Positions 12,474 through 21,018 of a stretch of DNA of 32,000 bases are shown here, one piece after another (position 1 is the stretch's first letter; each line of letters begins with the position of its first letter). The notes under the pieces were generated by a model that was not told where the DNA came from, ran no database searches, and saw only the letters and a program-made list of their open reading frames with translations. The position numbers and the translations under genes were made by a program. The DNA lies in the NCBI GenBank assembly GCA_015256915.3, contig CP076101.2, positions 450,001 through 482,000 on the forward strand. The letters run 5' to 3'. This stretch comes from Candidatus Saccharimonas sp. (GTDB lineage Bacteria; Patescibacteriota; Saccharimonadia; Saccharimonadales; Saccharimonadaceae).

Positions 12474-12498
12474 AAAAACCCGCATCTTCGCGGGTTTT
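12474..12498. terminator. Bidirectional terminator between convergent genes
   Basis: AAAAACCCGC-ATCTTC-GCGGGTTTTAAAAA. Confidence 0.8.
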
Positions 12499-12506
12499 AA
12501 AAATTA

Positions 12507-14303
12507 TTATTTTCCAAAAATAAGTCGCAAATAATCTTTCATCATTCGAGAGCCAGAGACCACAGGAACATAGCCTTTTAGCTGTTTTCGAATTTGTTTT
12601 TCAAGCAAATAATCATCTTTAAAAATCTGCCCAGCCCGATTCATTTGAAGATACAAAGACTTCAATTCGTCATTATAATTTGCGCCACTAACTTCTAAAC
12701 AAGGTGCCGGCGAAATATCCGCAACACCACCATCAGCCGTTGAAATTAGCATTTTAAGATTTGCTAAATCTTTCATAAACGAAGTTCCGCAAGCTTCTAG
12801 CCCAACAATCGGCACATTTATCGAAACATCTGAACCAACAGCCAAGGCTAAGCCTAATTCTTCATCATAATCTTGAATAAAATGAACTCTTTCACGCAAG
12901 AAATCATCTGATTCAATTTTTGAAAGTACAGAATTTAAAGTAGCTCGCATTTCAGTATCGCCTTGATGAACTTTTCCTGCCAAAATATAATGAGCGTTAT
13001 TTTCTCGCAAAATTCGGCGAAGCTCTTCCATGTTTTCAAAAGGCATCCAAGGGCGTTTATAAGATACGAATCGCCGTTTAAAATCAAAAAGCATCGCATT
13101 TTCAGGGATTTGTACCGCATGGCCATATTGATCTTTTCTATGAGCTAAAATCTGGTTTAGTTTTCTTCGACCAATCTTTCGAAAATCTCGAATATCTTTT
13201 GCACTAATTTTTGCTAAATTTTCTTTATAATTCTCTGTTGGTAAGTCAAATTTATCAAAAATATCTTTATTTCGAAAATCTTCTAAAATCTCAGGCAAAA
13301 CCCAAGTTGGTAAATCAATTCCATTTGTTATAGCTTTAAATTTAATTTTATCACCATTAATATCATGATAATCTGCAACATTTGCGTGAAGCCGCGAAAC
13401 ACCATTTTTTGCTTCAGCGAGTTCGATTGTAAGCGTTGAAAGCTTCAACCTATCATTTCGAAAAAGCCCAAAAATCCAGGTCTTCAAAGCTGAAGATTCG
13501 ATGTTTGGCATTACAATTCGGTTAAATTGGTCAAAAGAAAATTCACTTTCTGCTGCTTGAACTAAAGTGTGATTTGTATAAAGTGTGTGTTTTCGGACAT
13601 AAACAATCGCCTCGTAAAGATTCATTCCATTTCGAACGAGCTCATCAAGCCGAGCAACGGCTGCAAAAATCGTGGCGGTTTCATTTAATTGAATAACTGA
13701 AGGCTTTAACCCAACCATCTTCAGCGCTTTATAGCCACCGAAACCGAGTGAGACTTCTTGATAAAGTCTGTGGTCGCCAGAGCCATCTCCAGCATAAAGC
13801 TCACCAAAATTACTCTCACCCATTGTCAAAAATCGTGTTGAGCCAAGAATTTTTTGAAAAATATTTAGGCGGGCTGGTGGCATATTTTCAGTGTAAATTT
13901 CAACATCATCAAGATATTCAAAGCCGAAATCTCCTGGATTAACCGAAATAAATTCTTCTCTTTGGTCGAGATTATGAATTGATTGATGAAGCTCTCTTCG
14001 GTAAAACGGCGTTACACAAACAAATGGGATTTCAAGCTTTTCAGCCACTCGCCGAGTATCAGCCGCCAAAACACCCAAGCCACCACCACCTTTAATACCG
14101 TTACTTTTGTCGTAAACTTCCATTGTAAAATAAACATAAGGGCGTTCAGGAGATAATTTTTTAGTTAAATTCGCACGCTCAATCGCCTCATAGAATTCAC
14201 TAACATCTTCAATATTTTGGCCGACTCGCCGTCGGTTAATTTTTTCGAAATAATTTTCCACCACTTTTCCTTTTAGATTATTCTTATGTTTATATTTTAT
14301 CAA
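12507..14303 (-). CDS. glgP: Alpha-glucan phosphorylase, GT35 family (short form)
   Basis: VYFTMEV..GGGGLGVLAADT near the N-terminus, and an EACGTSFMK pyridoxal-phosphate lysine motif. The start is uncertain: the track uses a TTG abutting a TTGATA-N17-TAAAAT promoter-like site, and a GTG after AAGGAA 13-14 codons downstream is an alternative. Confidence 0.85.
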   Translation of the reverse strand: MIKYKHKNNLKGKVVENYFEKINRRRVGQNIEDVSEFYEAIERANLTKKLSPERPYVYFTMEVYDKSNGIKGGGGLGVLAADTRRVAEKLEIPFVCVTPFYRRELHQSIHNLDQREEFISVNPGDFGFEYLDDVEIYTENMPPARLNIFQKILGSTRFLTMGESNFGELYAGDGSGDHRLYQEVSLGFGGYKALKMVGLKPSVIQLNETATIFAAVARLDELVRNGMNLYEAIVYVRKHTLYTNHTLVQAAESEFSFDQFNRIVMPNIESSALKTWIFGLFRNDRLKLSTLTIELAEAKNGVSRLHANVADYHDINGDKIKFKAITNGIDLPTWVLPEILEDFRNKDIFDKFDLPTENYKENLAKISAKDIRDFRKIGRRKLNQILAHRKDQYGHAVQIPENAMLFDFKRRFVSYKRPWMPFENMEELRRILRENNAHYILAGKVHQGDTEMRATLNSVLSKIESDDFLRERVHFIQDYDEELGLALAVGSDVSINVPIVGLEACGTSFMKDLANLKMLISTADGGVADISPAPCLEVSGANYNDELKSLYLQMNRAGQIFKDDYLLEKQIRKQLKGYVPVVSGSRMMKDYLRLIFGK

Positions 14304-14326
14304 ATTTTCAAATTTTTATCAAATAA

Positions 14327-14355
14327 TTGACAAAATAAACCAAAAGTGTTATTAT
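14327..14355 (+). promoter_or_regulatory. Promoter of the 94-aa ORF (TTGACA-N17-TGtTATTAT)
   Basis: TTGACAAAATAAACCAAAAGTGTTATTAT. Confidence 0.6.
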
Positions 14356-14385
14356 TTATATATTCTATTTTGGAGGTACATTCTT

Positions 14386-14670
14386 ATGAATGAAAAACAT
14401 AAAGACGATGCTGCTACATTCTTTACTTTTTGTATATATATGTGCGCCATATTAGCCCTAGTCTCTTTCTGGGCTAAATTTCAAAATTTGCCCGAGCTAC
14501 AAAAAGAAGAGCAAAGAAATCAAATCAAAGCAGAGCTTGTTAAGAAAGGTGATTTAATTACAGTTAAAAATAACGAACTGGAAGATTATATAGCAGTTCT
14601 TAACAGTATAGGTCTGAGCTACGATCTAGAAAAGAATGACAGTCAAACAGTCATTCATGTTAATCGTTAG
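14386..14670 (+). CDS. Hypothetical membrane-anchored protein, 94 aa
   Basis: ORF track. GGAGGT Shine-Dalgarno. One hydrophobic segment (FFTFCIYMCAILALVSFWA). Confidence 0.55.
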   Translation: MNEKHKDDAATFFTFCIYMCAILALVSFWAKFQNLPELQKEEQRNQIKAELVKKGDLITVKNNELEDYIAVLNSIGLSYDLEKNDSQTVIHVNR

Positions 14671-14701
14671 TATAAGTCAGCAAACGCTGGCTTTTCTTTT
14701 T

Positions 14702-14740
14702 CGAAAAATAAAATCACCTTTCGAAATGAAAAGTGATTTT
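14702..14740 (-). terminator. rpsP intrinsic terminator
   Basis: Minus strand AAAATCAC, a 15-nt loop containing TTTCGAAA, GTGATTTT, then ATTTTT. Confidence 0.7.
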
Positions 14741-14746
14741 TTAGTT

Positions 14747-15085
14747 TTAAGCTTCTTCTAAAACTTCTTCTTTTGGTTGGTTACGGCGAAGCTTTTCGGC
14801 GTTTTTGATTGCACGAGTTTTTTGTGCAGGTTTTTTAACCCATTTTGGCATTTCAATTCCTGCTTCTTCCAAAAGTTTTACAACTCGTGGAGTTGGTTGA
14901 GCACCATTATAAAGATATTTTTCAGCCAATTCTTTTTCGATCTTGGCTTCTTTTGTATGTGGGTTATATGAACCAACATAGCTAACTACGCGCCCACTCG
15001 ACGGATGCCGATGCGCTTCCTGAACCGCTACGCGATAAACAGGATAACCTTTGCGACCTAATCGCTGTAATCTGATTGCTAGCAT
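14747..15085 (-). CDS. rpsP: 30S ribosomal protein bS16 with a basic C-terminal extension
   Basis: MLAIRLQRLGRKGYPVYRVAVQEAHRHPSSGRVVSYVGSYNP is a typical S16 N-terminus. Confidence 0.93.
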   Translation of the reverse strand: MLAIRLQRLGRKGYPVYRVAVQEAHRHPSSGRVVSYVGSYNPHTKEAKIEKELAEKYLYNGAQPTPRVVKLLEEAGIEMPKWVKKPAQKTRAIKNAEKLRRNQPKEEVLEEA

Positions 15086-15124
15086 TTAGATTATTTCCCT
15101 TTTATTAACTTTTATAGCTTTCTC

Positions 15125-15153
15125 ATTTTAACAAATTTTATAAAAAAAATCAA
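15125..15153 (-). promoter_or_regulatory. rpsP promoter (TTGATT-N17-TGtTAAAAT)
   Basis: Minus strand TTGATTTTTTTTATAAAATTTGTTAAAATGAG. Confidence 0.55.
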
Positions 15154-15169
15154 GGGTTATTTACGATCA

Positions 15170-15198
15170 TTGACTTTTTATTAAAATCATGGTATAAT
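15170..15198 (+). promoter_or_regulatory. Promoter of the 118-aa ORF (TTGACT-N17-TGgTATAAT)
   Basis: TTGACTTTTTATTAAAATCATGGTATAAT. Confidence 0.65.
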
Positions 15199-15233
15199 CT
15201 TGAAAGTTTAGTACATTTATTTGGAGGTGTAAC

Positions 15234-15590
15234 ATGATTTCGAAAGAAAAATGGGCAGAAATCAAGCTTGATTGGAAAAGATATAGTGGTGAATATATAG
15301 CCCTTATCTTCTGTAGCTTGCTTTTTCTTATTGCAATTTGGTTTTTTATATTTAGTCCTATAATAGAAGGCGTTCATAGAGAAGAATTAGCTTCACTTAA
15401 AACTAAAATTTTGCAAAAAATCGTAAATAATTCTGCGACTTTGGAGTTCTCAAACGAGAATGAAGCTAAGAAAGCAGAAGTAAATCTCAAGGAAATTTCA
15501 AAAAGAGATAAAATTTATTTCGAAAGTGTTAAAATCCATAAAAATGGTGAGAATTTCGAAATAAAAATCAACTTCAAAAGCGCAAAATAG
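15234..15590 (+). CDS. Hypothetical membrane-anchored protein, 118 aa
   Basis: ORF track. GGAGGT lies 5 nt upstream of the ATG. One hydrophobic segment (IALIFCSLLFLIAIWFFIF). Confidence 0.55.
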   Translation: MISKEKWAEIKLDWKRYSGEYIALIFCSLLFLIAIWFFIFSPIIEGVHREELASLKTKILQKIVNNSATLEFSNENEAKKAEVNLKEISKRDKIYFESVKIHKNGENFEIKINFKSAK

Positions 15591-15608
15591 ATTGCGCTTT
15601 TTTCTTTT
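15579..15608. terminator. Bidirectional terminator between the 118-aa ORF and rimK
   Basis: AGCGCAA-AATAGA-TTGCGCT followed by TTTTTCTTTT. The hairpin spans the ORF stop codon. Confidence 0.7.
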
Positions 15609-16524
15609 ATGCTCCAATTTTATCTTTTTTATTGCCGCGTTTTGCATTTCGCTCAATATAATCAATAATTTTACCTGCAACATCGCGATAAGTAACTTTT
15701 TCAATCCCGAATCCTGGGCTCGCATTAACCTCCAGAACCAACGGACCACGTGCTGAACGCATTAGATCAACACCAGCGATAGTCAAGCCCATTGCTTTTG
15801 CTGCCCGAACTGCCATTCGCTTTTCTTCAGGTGTAAGTTTAATCGGCTCACCTAATCCACCTTTATGCAAATTTGAACGAAAATCATCATCCAAACTTTG
15901 ACGTTTCATACTTGCCACCACTTGAGATCCAACCACGAAAGCGCGAATATCCGTTCCTGCCGACTCTTTAATAAATTCTTGAAGAAGTACGTTAGTTCCA
16001 TCAGAATTTGTCAAATAGAACGCTTGAAGCACTGATTTTGCAGCCTTTTTAGTTTCCGCTAAAACCACACCATTGCCGTGCGTTCCACGAGCAAGCTTAA
16101 TAATTGCGGGTGTTCCACCAATTTCTTCCAAAAGATCATCAATATCATTCGAATTTCGAGAAAACACCGTTTTTGGGATCGAAACACCATATTTTGCCAT
16201 AATTTGAGTTGAACGCAACTTATCTCGCGCACGCATAATTGCGATCGAACGATTCATAAAAAATGCTCGTGGATACGCCGCCTCAAGTTGACGAACAACA
16301 GACGTTCCATATTCGGTCATATGACTAGCAATTCGCGGAATAAAGGCGTCAAATTTACCAATATTCTCACCATCATACATCACTTTTGGATTTTTTTCAT
16401 CAATCGAAACATAACATTTTCCATAGGCAATAACCTCAACTTCATGCCCGCGACTTTCTGCCTCTTCTCGCAAACGTTTTGTTGAATAATTTCCCGGCCC
16501 ATTTGATAAAATTGCAATTCTCAT
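15607..16524 (-). CDS. rimK: RimK-family ATP-grasp alpha-L-glutamate ligase
   Basis: MRIAILSNGPGNYSTKRLREEAESRGHEV... with ATP-grasp motifs throughout. Start set at the ATG preceded by GGGAGA, overlapping the upstream stop as TAATG. Confidence 0.88.
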   Translation of the reverse strand: MRIAILSNGPGNYSTKRLREEAESRGHEVEVIAYGKCYVSIDEKNPKVMYDGENIGKFDAFIPRIASHMTEYGTSVVRQLEAAYPRAFFMNRSIAIMRARDKLRSTQIMAKYGVSIPKTVFSRNSNDIDDLLEEIGGTPAIIKLARGTHGNGVVLAETKKAAKSVLQAFYLTNSDGTNVLLQEFIKESAGTDIRAFVVGSQVVASMKRQSLDDDFRSNLHKGGLGEPIKLTPEEKRMAVRAAKAMGLTIAGVDLMRSARGPLVLEVNASPGFGIEKVTYRDVAGKIIDYIERNAKRGNKKDKIGA

Positions 16525-16970
16525 TATTGTTTTTCTCCCATCTGTTCCCATTCTTCATCAAGATTAATTTTTTGGCACGAATCAACCAAAACATTATTTT
16601 TAATCAAAAATGCGCGGCCAATCAGCATTTCAAATTTCATTTCCGAACGGTTGTCTAACCCAAATAACGCTTCAAATCTTTTGCCCTCAATCAAAATTCC
16701 AAATTTCACCAAAAAACGCTTTTTCACACCACCATGAGTGTTTCGAACATTTCGAAACCTAAAATCTTGCGTTTCAAAATGAAGTTTTTCATCACCGAAT
16801 AGATCAAAACTTAAAATACCATCTTTTTCGAAAATTTTTTCAGCATGAACAACTCCTGAAAAAGCTCCTGTATCAATTTTGGCGATAGTTTTAACTTCCG
16901 AGATCTTTTCTCCTGAAACATCAGTGAAAGTCACATCTTCAAAAGTTCCAAAAATCACTTTTTCTTCCAT
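16524..16970 (-). CDS. RimK-associated retropepsin-like protein (DUF785 / PF05618, 'putative ATP-dependent zinc protease' family)
   Basis: AKIDTGAFSGVVHA motif, about 150 aa in size, and translational coupling to rimK. AAGGAG Shine-Dalgarno. Confidence 0.75.
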   Translation of the reverse strand: MEEKVIFGTFEDVTFTDVSGEKISEVKTIAKIDTGAFSGVVHAEKIFEKDGILSFDLFGDEKLHFETQDFRFRNVRNTHGGVKKRFLVKFGILIEGKRFEALFGLDNRSEMKFEMLIGRAFLIKNNVLVDSCQKINLDEEWEQMGEKQ

Positions 16971-17014
16971 AAAAGAATCACTCCTTGCTGAATTTATTAT
17001 TTAAAATTATCTAA

Positions 17015-17043
17015 ATTTTACCACGTTATCTAATTTTTGTCAA
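17015..17043 (-). promoter_or_regulatory. Promoter of the retropepsin-like/rimK pair (TTGACA-N17-TGgTAAAAT)
   Basis: Minus strand TTGACAAAAATTAGATAACGTGGTAAAATTTAG. It begins 2 nt after the upstream stop codon. Confidence 0.65.
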
Positions 17044-17044
17044 A

Positions 17045-18406
17045 TTATTTCTTACCAACTTTAAGTTCATAGATCTGCCTTTGCTGGTCTAAATTATGTA
17101 TATTATTCTTCCCGCCAAGCAAAAAATCATCAATCAATGTCGGTGAATCAATATTTTCTTCAATATATTTCCAAATCTCTTGGCCACCATTAAAATAGCT
17201 CAGATCTTTAAACCAAGGTAACTCATCAGTTCCACGAAAAATCCTCTGTGTATTTCTATAAGCAATTTGACGTTTTTTATCGATATTCTCTTCCGAAAAA
17301 TTATTTTTGCCGTCTAAAATACCCATTCTCCAATTAGCTTCGAAAGCTTTACGAAAATTCATATTATTAAAATAAGCAAAGCCTGCCGTCAAATAATGTT
17401 GAACACCCGCTTCTTGATAATCGCCTTTTACGGCCATTTCCATAGCACGAGCGATTCCTTCTTCAGTGTTCATATATCCATCAAGCCCAGTCCTTAAAGC
17501 TTGATTATTATAAGCCTCACCCATTTGAGCACGCATATAGTGCGTTCCAATTTCGTGCACAACCAAACCTTCAAGCTCTTTTTTTGAAACTGGTTTTCGA
17601 TTTTTGGGAATAAAAATTTTCTTATCTTTTGCCGAAACCGCAATCGCACCAGAATCTTCCCATTCAACATTAAATTTCGAAAATCCATCTTTTTCAAAAC
17701 CTTTCAAAATATTTTCGAAAACTTCAAAAATCTCATCCGCTAAATATCTATCATCATCTTTTTTCGGAATAAGTTCTAATTGTTTTGAATATAAGTCTTT
17801 AATAATCTCACCAAAATTGTGAAAAACTTCATCGCTCGGCTTAAATCTTTCTATGTTTTGATTTAAAATTTCATCCTTTTTGATTAGTTCATAAAACTCT
17901 GAACGGATTTTTTCACCTTTGTCATCAAGCTTCAAAGTATCAATTTTTGTAATTTTATCTGAAAGTAGAGAATGGAATATCTCAAAGTCTGGCTCACCAT
18001 AAACTTCAATATTGTTTTTCATGAATTCTTCTTGAGCTTTTTGTTTGTCTGCTAAACTTTCAGCTTTTCGAAAATTACAGGCCGCTTCGAGCATTTTAAC
18101 AGTTTTAATTCTTGTTTCGAGTTGAGTATTGTACATTTCTCGCTCGATCTCACCAAGTGAATTATCGTTTTCAACCACTAAAATTGCATTCGAAATATTT
18201 TGGTAAAGATTTTCAATTTCACTACTATTTAACTTTTCATATTCATTATTTGGGTGAGAAAGATTATCATTTTCAAGAAATTCAGACTTTGCTTCATTTG
18301 CATTTTCTGGAGTAAATGTTGAAATGATTTTCGGCTCCGACTCTTTAAAAATCTCCCTTGTATCAAGAAGTTCATTTTTACCAAAATTGCTTTCGAAATT
18401 ATTCAC
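17045..18406 (-). CDS. DUF1704 / MATCAP-like (QEGLA-motif family) HExxH metallopeptidase with an acidic N-terminal region
   Basis: VHEIGTHYMRAQMGE (HExxH) followed by GYMNTEEGIARAME, where the family carries QEGLA. GTG start 3 nt after the rnc stop. Confidence 0.7.
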   Translation of the reverse strand: MNNFESNFGKNELLDTREIFKESEPKIISTFTPENANEAKSEFLENDNLSHPNNEYEKLNSSEIENLYQNISNAILVVENDNSLGEIEREMYNTQLETRIKTVKMLEAACNFRKAESLADKQKAQEEFMKNNIEVYGEPDFEIFHSLLSDKITKIDTLKLDDKGEKIRSEFYELIKKDEILNQNIERFKPSDEVFHNFGEIIKDLYSKQLELIPKKDDDRYLADEIFEVFENILKGFEKDGFSKFNVEWEDSGAIAVSAKDKKIFIPKNRKPVSKKELEGLVVHEIGTHYMRAQMGEAYNNQALRTGLDGYMNTEEGIARAMEMAVKGDYQEAGVQHYLTAGFAYFNNMNFRKAFEANWRMGILDGKNNFSEENIDKKRQIAYRNTQRIFRGTDELPWFKDLSYFNGGQEIWKYIEENIDSPTLIDDFLLGGKNNIHNLDQQRQIYELKVGKK

Positions 18407-18409
18407 AAC

Positions 18410-19126
18410 TTATCTCTTTTCGTTATTCTTATATTTTCGAATTGCCTCTCGAGCTGCTTCTTGTTGAGCAGTTTGTTTACTTGGTCCTTCACCTTCACCC
18501 ATTTTTTTATCACCAACAAAAACACCAAGAGTGAAATTCTTATCGTGATCTGGACCATCCTCTTTAAGAACTTTATAAATTGGAGTAAAACCATCTCTTG
18601 CTTGTGAAATCTCTTGTAGATAACTCTTTGGATCACGCCAAGATTCTTCCTCTAAAATTTGCGGCAGAGTACTCAAAATATTATCTGTGATATATTTTTT
18701 TGCAGCTTCGTAACCCTTATCAAGATAAATAGCACCCGTAGTTGCTTCGAAAGCATTTGCCAAAATCTGCTGGCGAGCCCTTGCAGAGCCTTGTTTTTCA
18801 CCACGGCTCATCCGAATTAGTTTTTCATAACCGAGTCTTTCGCCAGCCGCACCAATACTTTCAGTTCTAACCAACGCTGAACGCCAAGCTGTTAAAATTC
18901 CCTCAGGTTTATCATAGTTCGAAAATAGAAAATCAGTAGTAACGAGCTCTAAAACCGCATCGCCCAAAAATTCAAGTCGTTCATTATGTTCACTTGCTGA
19001 TTTTTTATGTTCATTTAAATAGCTTCGATGTGTTAATGCAGTCACTAATAAATCAATATTTTCGAAATCATAGCCAAGTTTCTCTTTCGCCCATTCATGA
19101 TAAGGCGCCAATAAAATTCCACTCAT
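18410..19126 (-). CDS. rnc: Ribonuclease III
   Basis: ERLEFLGDAVLE signature and a C-terminal dsRBD. The start overlaps the Nudix stop as TAATG, with an AGGAGA Shine-Dalgarno. Confidence 0.93.
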   Translation of the reverse strand: MSGILLAPYHEWAKEKLGYDFENIDLLVTALTHRSYLNEHKKSASEHNERLEFLGDAVLELVTTDFLFSNYDKPEGILTAWRSALVRTESIGAAGERLGYEKLIRMSRGEKQGSARARQQILANAFEATTGAIYLDKGYEAAKKYITDNILSTLPQILEEESWRDPKSYLQEISQARDGFTPIYKVLKEDGPDHDKNFTLGVFVGDKKMGEGEGPSKQTAQQEAAREAIRKYKNNEKR

Positions 19127-19623
19127 TATAAGTTCTCCTGTCTAATTTTTTTCATCGCAAGCAAAATTAGCTTACCGATATCTTCATATTCAATCTCATC
19201 CAATGCATCAGAAAAACTAAACCATCTAATACCATTCATCCAATCTTCTTTTTGGATCGCATCAGTATTACCAAGTGCTTTAACTAAAAAAACTTGAGTT
19301 GTCATTAAAACAAGCTTATCGATTCGCCTATATCGAAAATTTATTTTGCCAAGCCAGCCAATAATTTTTACATCATGAAGACCCGCTTCTTCCCCAATTT
19401 CACGCTTAGCAGTTTCTTGAGCTGTTTCTCCTTCTTCGATATGACCTTTCGGAATCGTCCAGCGGTCTTTCGAGTCTTGAATCAGCAAAATTTCAACTTC
19501 ATTTTTTTGATTACGACGAAAAATTACGCCACCAGCGGTCGGTTCACGAACAATTTCCTGAATTGAAGATCGGCGTGTTCTATGAAAATATTTTCGAAAA
19601 TGTTCAACCTTCTTGTTCGCCAT
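19126..19623 (-). CDS. Nudix hydrolase
   Basis: Nudix box [23 protein letters not shown]. Start set at ATG (MANKK), preceded by GGAGGA at 5 nt. Confidence 0.85.
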   Translation of the reverse strand: MANKKVEHFRKYFHRTRRSSIQEIVREPTAGGVIFRRNQKNEVEILLIQDSKDRWTIPKGHIEEGETAQETAKREIGEEAGLHDVKIIGWLGKINFRYRRIDKLVLMTTQVFLVKALGNTDAIQKEDWMNGIRWFSFSDALDEIEYEDIGKLILLAMKKIRQENL

Positions 19624-20059
19624 TTTGTTCCTCCACAAAAAGCTTATACGCCGTTCCTAATACGCCGTTAATAAACTTACTTGAATTATCGGAACCAAAC
19701 GCTTTAGCAAGCTCAACTGCTTCATTTATAGCCACTTTTGGTGGAACCGTTTCCCGAGAATAAAGCAATTCATAAAGCCCCATTCTTAAAACATTACGGT
19801 CAATTCGCGCAATCTGTGAAATTGGCCATTCTGGTGCCATTGGCTGAAGTTTCGTATCCAGTTCAACCTGTCTTTCAATAATCCCGTTTAATAAATCTTG
19901 AACGAATTGCTTATCTCCAATCGCTTCCTCATATTGCTTCATATTTCGAAAAATAATCTCAGCCAAGTCAACAGTTTTATCTTGCGCCTGAGAGCGAAAT
20001 TCATATTCATAAAGTGTTTGAAGAACAACAATCCTTCCTAAATGTCTATTTGATGCCAT
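19604..20059 (-). CDS. nusB: Transcription antitermination factor NusB
   Basis: [17 protein letters not shown]... and ...[13 protein letters not shown] are typical of NusB. Confidence 0.9.
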   Translation of the reverse strand: MASNRHLGRIVVLQTLYEYEFRSQAQDKTVDLAEIIFRNMKQYEEAIGDKQFVQDLLNGIIERQVELDTKLQPMAPEWPISQIARIDRNVLRMGLYELLYSRETVPPKVAINEAVELAKAFGSDNSSKFINGVLGTAYKLFVEEQNGEQEG

Positions 20060-20131
20060 TTTTACGTAAGGTTCTTTCCTATATTAAAATATTATTATTT
20101 TTTGTCAAATAAAAATTAAAACGCCAGCAAA

Positions 20132-20311
20132 TTAAGCAGCTAGCGTTTTGTTTTCTTCGAGTTGCTTGTTTAGAGCTTTACCAGATTGTTTTTTAGTTGT
20201 GTAAACTTTCACTGGTGATTTTTTATTAACTCGACGAGCTAAATCCAATCGTAAGTGGCTGCGTCGCAAACCAGTCTTTCGAGGACTACTCTGTTTCTTT
20301 GGCTGTGCCAT
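20132..20311 (-). CDS. rpmF: 50S ribosomal protein bL32, 59 aa
   Basis: Hand translation gives MAQPKKQSSPRKTGLRRSHLRLDLARRVNKKSPVKVYTTKKQSGKALNKQLEENKTLAA. AAGGAG Shine-Dalgarno. A hairpin and T-run span the stop codon. The ORF is below the track cutoff. Confidence 0.8.
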   Translation of the reverse strand: MAQPKKQSSPRKTGLRRSHLRLDLARRVNKKSPVKVYTTKKQSGKALNKQLEENKTLAA

Positions 20312-20352
20312 TTAAAGTTTCTCCTTAGGTTTATTATTTTCCTTCAACATCA

Positions 20353-20381
20353 ATTATACCTTAATTTTAAAGATAAAGCAA
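20353..20381 (-). promoter_or_regulatory. rpmF promoter (TTGCTT-N17-TATAAT)
   Basis: Minus strand TTGCTTTATCTTTAAAATTAAGGTATAATTG. Confidence 0.55.
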
Positions 20382-20400
20382 GCTTTTTATGAATCTATTA

Positions 20401-20429
20401 TTGACTTTTTATTGTTTTTATGCTATAAT
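20401..20429 (+). promoter_or_regulatory. Promoter of the 183-aa ORF (TTGACT-N17-TATAAT), with the -10 ending 9 nt before the ATG
   Basis: TTGACTTTTTATTGTTTTTATGCTATAATAAAATCATTATG. Confidence 0.65.
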
Positions 20430-20438
20430 AAAATCATT

Positions 20439-20990
20439 ATGAAAAATTATGAAAACAAAAAAAATCAAATTCAAAATAATGAAATAGTAAAAATTAGTAG
20501 AAAAAAGTTAAAGCAATTTGGCACTTTAGCGATGCTCGCCGGAGCGCTTGGTGGTTGGTTTGGCCACGATACTTATAAAAATTATCAAGAAAACCACCCG
20601 CCAGAGATTTTCCAAAAAAGCCAAACTAAAGGTTTAGACAACTCTGAAATGGATTTTTCAAAATTTAAAAAAATTTCAGATAATGGCGGCGTAATCCATC
20701 TACAAAAAGGAGACGCTATAAGAAGCTCAACTGGCGAATATTACAAAAACCCTGAAAATTACACCCTCAGTGAATCAAACCATTCAGCAATTGGTATTAT
20801 GAATGCAGACAGGGATTTTACTGCTAAGGGCGAGGTTTATCTAGAAGATGGGGATAATCCAAAATTAATTACCAGAATTGAGAATTTTGAAAAAACGTCA
20901 ACTGGCGAAAATACTAAAATTGATATAAATATAGATAAAGACGGTTGGGTTGCAGTTGATGCAAATAGAGAAGACTTTCAGCAAAAATAA
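20439..20990 (+). CDS. Hypothetical membrane-anchored protein, 183 aa
   Basis: ORF-track frame. Start moved to ATG at 20439 because the track's TTG start sits inside the promoter spacer. One TM segment (FGTLAMLAGALGGWFG). Confidence 0.6.
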   Translation: MKNYENKKNQIQNNEIVKISRKKLKQFGTLAMLAGALGGWFGHDTYKNYQENHPPEIFQKSQTKGLDNSEMDFSKFKKISDNGGVIHLQKGDAIRSSTGEYYKNPENYTLSESNHSAIGIMNADRDFTAKGEVYLEDGDNPKLITRIENFEKTSTGENTKIDINIDKDGWVAVDANREDFQQK

Positions 20991-20991
20991 T

Positions 20992-21017
20992 AAAATGGAG
21001 GAATAAACCTCCATTTT
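20992..21017. terminator. Bidirectional terminator between the 183-aa ORF and leuS
   Basis: AAAATGGAGG-AATAAA-CCTCCATTTT. Confidence 0.8.
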
Positions 21018-21018
21018 A

